A DNA stretch of 25,875 bases, taken from an uncultured Bacteriovoracaceae bacterium (GTDB lineage: Bacteria; Bdellovibrionota; UBA1018). The translations under genes were made by a program, and so were the position numbers. The DNA lies in the NCBI GenBank assembly GCA_964367865.1, contig CAYJBA010000001.1, positions 1,461 to 27,335 on the forward strand, in the 5' to 3' direction. Of the stretch, positions 24,258-25,875 are shown one piece after another. The stretch's first letter is position 1; each line of letters begins with the position of its first letter. The notes beneath the pieces are model-generated. The model had not been told where the DNA came from. It searched no databases and was given only the letters and a program-made list of their open reading frames with translations.

Positions 24258-24286
24258 GGTTTAGCGGAGTCTCTGGGTTTAGACAA
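24258..24286 (-). promoter_or_regulatory. Possible leaderless-type promoter of the rml operon
   Basis: TTGTCT (24286-24281), N17, TAAACC (24263-24258), N6, ATG. Confidence 0.45.
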
Positions 24287-24326
24287 GTATCTATATGAAA
24301 TTAGGACGTAACTCCTGAAGGGAGTA

Positions 24327-24695
24327 TTAAGCCACCTCTAACCTCAACGAATCGGCGAGACTCATCGGACGGCGCGTATCTCCCCGTTTCCCTTTTTCTT
24401 TTTTTAGTGTGACTAATCCCACTGAAACGAGAATAGAAACATCTCGATAAACGCTTTTAAAATCACGCTCCGCGATTTGAGATAGCCCTAAAAGAGATTT
24501 TGGCTTTTTATCACGAATGAGTCTCCAAAGGATGAGACGTTTTTCGGTCAAAATATTACGCACAGCTTCGAGCGATTCAAAACACTCACCTCTGAGGTGA
24601 CGTGCCTTACCCTCTCGGTCCAGGATCTCAGCGGCCTTCAGAGCTTCGCCATAAAACTCTTCTTTGGAAATAATTTTAATTTTCATAATCTTCAT
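24327..24695 (-). CDS. Winged-HTH DNA-binding protein (HVO_A0114/MarR-like), putative antitoxin
   Basis: FESLEAVRNILTEKRLILWRLI...SLLGLSQIAERDFKSVYRDVSILVSVGLV; ATGA overlap with the upstream gene. Confidence 0.75.
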   Translation of the reverse strand: MKIMKIKIISKEEFYGEALKAAEILDREGKARHLRGECFESLEAVRNILTEKRLILWRLIRDKKPKSLLGLSQIAERDFKSVYRDVSILVSVGLVTLKKEKGKRGDTRRPMSLADSLRLEVA

Positions 24696-24997
24696 CGAAC
24701 CTGCCTTTCTACCGCGTCTGCTCGATCTCGAAAATCAATTAAAAGTGCAACCACGGATTCAAATGAATAAACCGTCTCTCTACCGTCGAAATGCACATGA
24801 GGCCCCTTGGGCCAATGGTTATCGTAAAGAAGATATAATTCTCCACTTTTGCAATTCACCAATGCCAGACGGTATCTTATTCCTTGAGGATACTGACCAG
24901 ATTTTCGCATTTTCCAAACCCGAATTTCACGAACCAGACCACTCGAACTAGTCAGTTTTTCATGAATTACTAACTCAGCCCGACTACGCTGTCCCAA
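24692..24997 (-). CDS. DUF6516 (TumE-like) putative toxin
   Basis: YPQGIRYRL...LYDNHWPKGPHVH...ETVYSFESVVALLIDF; TTG start with GGAG 7 nt upstream. Confidence 0.72.
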   Translation of the reverse strand: MGQRSRAELVIHEKLTSSSGLVREIRVWKMRKSGQYPQGIRYRLALVNCKSGELYLLYDNHWPKGPHVHFDGRETVYSFESVVALLIDFRDRADAVERQVR

Positions 24998-25013
24998 GTT
25001 CCGTCTCCATAAC

Positions 25014-25041
25014 TATGGCATATTATGCCATATAAAGTCAA
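25014..25041 (-). promoter_or_regulatory. Promoter/operator of the DUF6516 module
   Basis: TTGACT (25041-25036) and perfect TATGGCATA-T-TATGCCATA (25014-25032). Confidence 0.7.
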
Positions 25042-25065
25042 TCTGCAGTGTTAAACGAGTTGTGC

Positions 25066-25103
25066 AGGTTCGCTGAGGCGAGAACTTCAGCCTCGGCGAA
25101 CCT
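25066..25103. repeat. 14-bp stem-loop between the two tandem TA modules
   Basis: AGGTTCGCTGAGGC-N10-GCCTCGGCGAACCT, with one G.U pair on the plus strand. Confidence 0.8.
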
Positions 25104-25223
25104 CGTTCATGTGCAGAGGGGAGGAGCAAGGACTGGGCCTGGGATTCCACGCGGAGCAGCCAGTAACCATGACAGAATTCGAACGACAAGTCTGATAACC
25201 AGACTAGGAAATCTTAGAGGTTC

Positions 25224-25604
25224 TTACAAAAATACGCGGTAATTAATATTAAGAACTTTCGACAGACGCTTGGCCATATTTTTACCGATCGGCCGTTTAC
25301 CGTTTTCCATTTTCGAGAGATTCGTCTGGCTGATCTTTAGCTTCTCCGCGAGTTCAACTTGACTCAAGCCCTCTTTTACACGCGCTCCCTGAAGCGTCGC
25401 GCCCGCCTTGCTATACTTGGCGTGAAGTTCTTTGAGGGCTGGACTATCACTGGCCGAGACAAGTTCGTCATCATCGTCCGTGGCAGAAAGTAGTTCATCT
25501 TTCAAGAGCACAAGAAGTGCTTTTGCTTTTTCACGCGGCACGGGAATAACCAAACCTCGCACAGTAATTGTTTCAATACGGGGCTTTTTCATGGGTACCG
25601 ACAT
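25224..25604 (-). CDS. XRE-family HTH antitoxin
   Basis: ARVKEGLSQVELAEKLKISQTNLSKMENGKRPIG; SD GGAGG 6 nt upstream. Confidence 0.88.
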   Translation of the reverse strand: MSVPMKKPRIETITVRGLVIPVPREKAKALLVLLKDELLSATDDDDELVSASDSPALKELHAKYSKAGATLQGARVKEGLSQVELAEKLKISQTNLSKMENGKRPIGKNMAKRLSKVLNINYRVFL

Positions 25605-25851
25605 AATAAACCTCCACTTTTTTACTCACCTTGTCTGTCACTTCCCAGCAGGCTACGTACGTCGGGCGACCTGACTTAATGTGACAATGGTGTCGATCTC
25701 CCTGAAGTTTCGAATAGTTTTTCCAGTTTCCACGCACCCGCCCGGATTGACGAATATCCTCTGCGAGAGCATCAAAAGAAGCCATGGCCGGTTCAGGGAG
25801 AATCCGGATTTGCTTTTCTACCCTCTTTTTCCAGATGACTAGCCAGCCCAT
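25573..25851 (-). CDS. RelE/YafQ-superfamily toxin (toxin-first type II TA)
   Basis: 92 aa with GNWKNYSKL...HHCHIKSGRPTYVACW...EVYYVGTHEKAPY; GGAG SD. Confidence 0.82.
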   Translation of the reverse strand: MGWLVIWKKRVEKQIRILPEPAMASFDALAEDIRQSGRVRGNWKNYSKLQGDRHHCHIKSGRPTYVACWEVTDKVSKKVEVYYVGTHEKAPY

Positions 25852-25875
25852 TGAGGCTCCATAAATAATAGGTCA

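Noticed and set aside
24311-24325. ACTCC-N5-GGAGT hairpin as terminator of the DUF6516 module
   Set aside because: Only 5 bp and no U-tract on the coding strand.
25048-25223. attC site between TA cassettes, or a tRNA remnant (GTTCGAAT on the minus strand)
   Set aside because: attC core boxes do not match, and no T-stem or cloverleaf surrounds the GTTCGAAT.

Overview
Gene-dense chromosomal segment, mostly housekeeping and cell-envelope genes. The gene content suggests a Bdellovibrionota/Oligoflexia-like deltaproteobacterium (inference, not verified). From left to right it holds: a tRNA-Pro(UGG) gene with an abnormal 3' end; a FecR-domain protein; small hypothetical proteins; a stand-alone FliG C-terminal-domain protein; a cupin; a large secreted protein; an RDD protein; chrA with a lipoprotein-signal SAM methyltransferase; tatA; an operon of SCP2-like protein, hpt, SDR, PTPS and a small membrane ORF; a 120-bp inverted-repeat element; a lipoprotein; DUF1761; valS-plsB-gpsA; a HigBA-type toxin-antitoxin (TA) pair; slyD; rmlBADC-transaldolase-DUF2079; and two more tandem TA pairs. 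I saw no integrase, transposase, reverse transcriptase, CRISPR array or rRNA. The strongest oddities are: (1) a tRNA with a Pro body and a tRNA-Ser-like acceptor 3' strand (4 of 7 acceptor pairs); (2) a 35-bp near-perfect inverted repeat enclosing a structured 50-nt core; (3) an unannotated 17-codon ORF whose perfect Shine-Dalgarno (SD) sits in a hairpin; (4) a mammalian-type PTPS-II next to a candidate sepiapterin reductase; (5) a lipoprotein methyltransferase whose start codon overlaps that of tatA; (6) two IscR type-1-like operators; (7) leaderless-type promoter geometry at about ten genes. All protein calls come from motif recognition by eye, with no database search.
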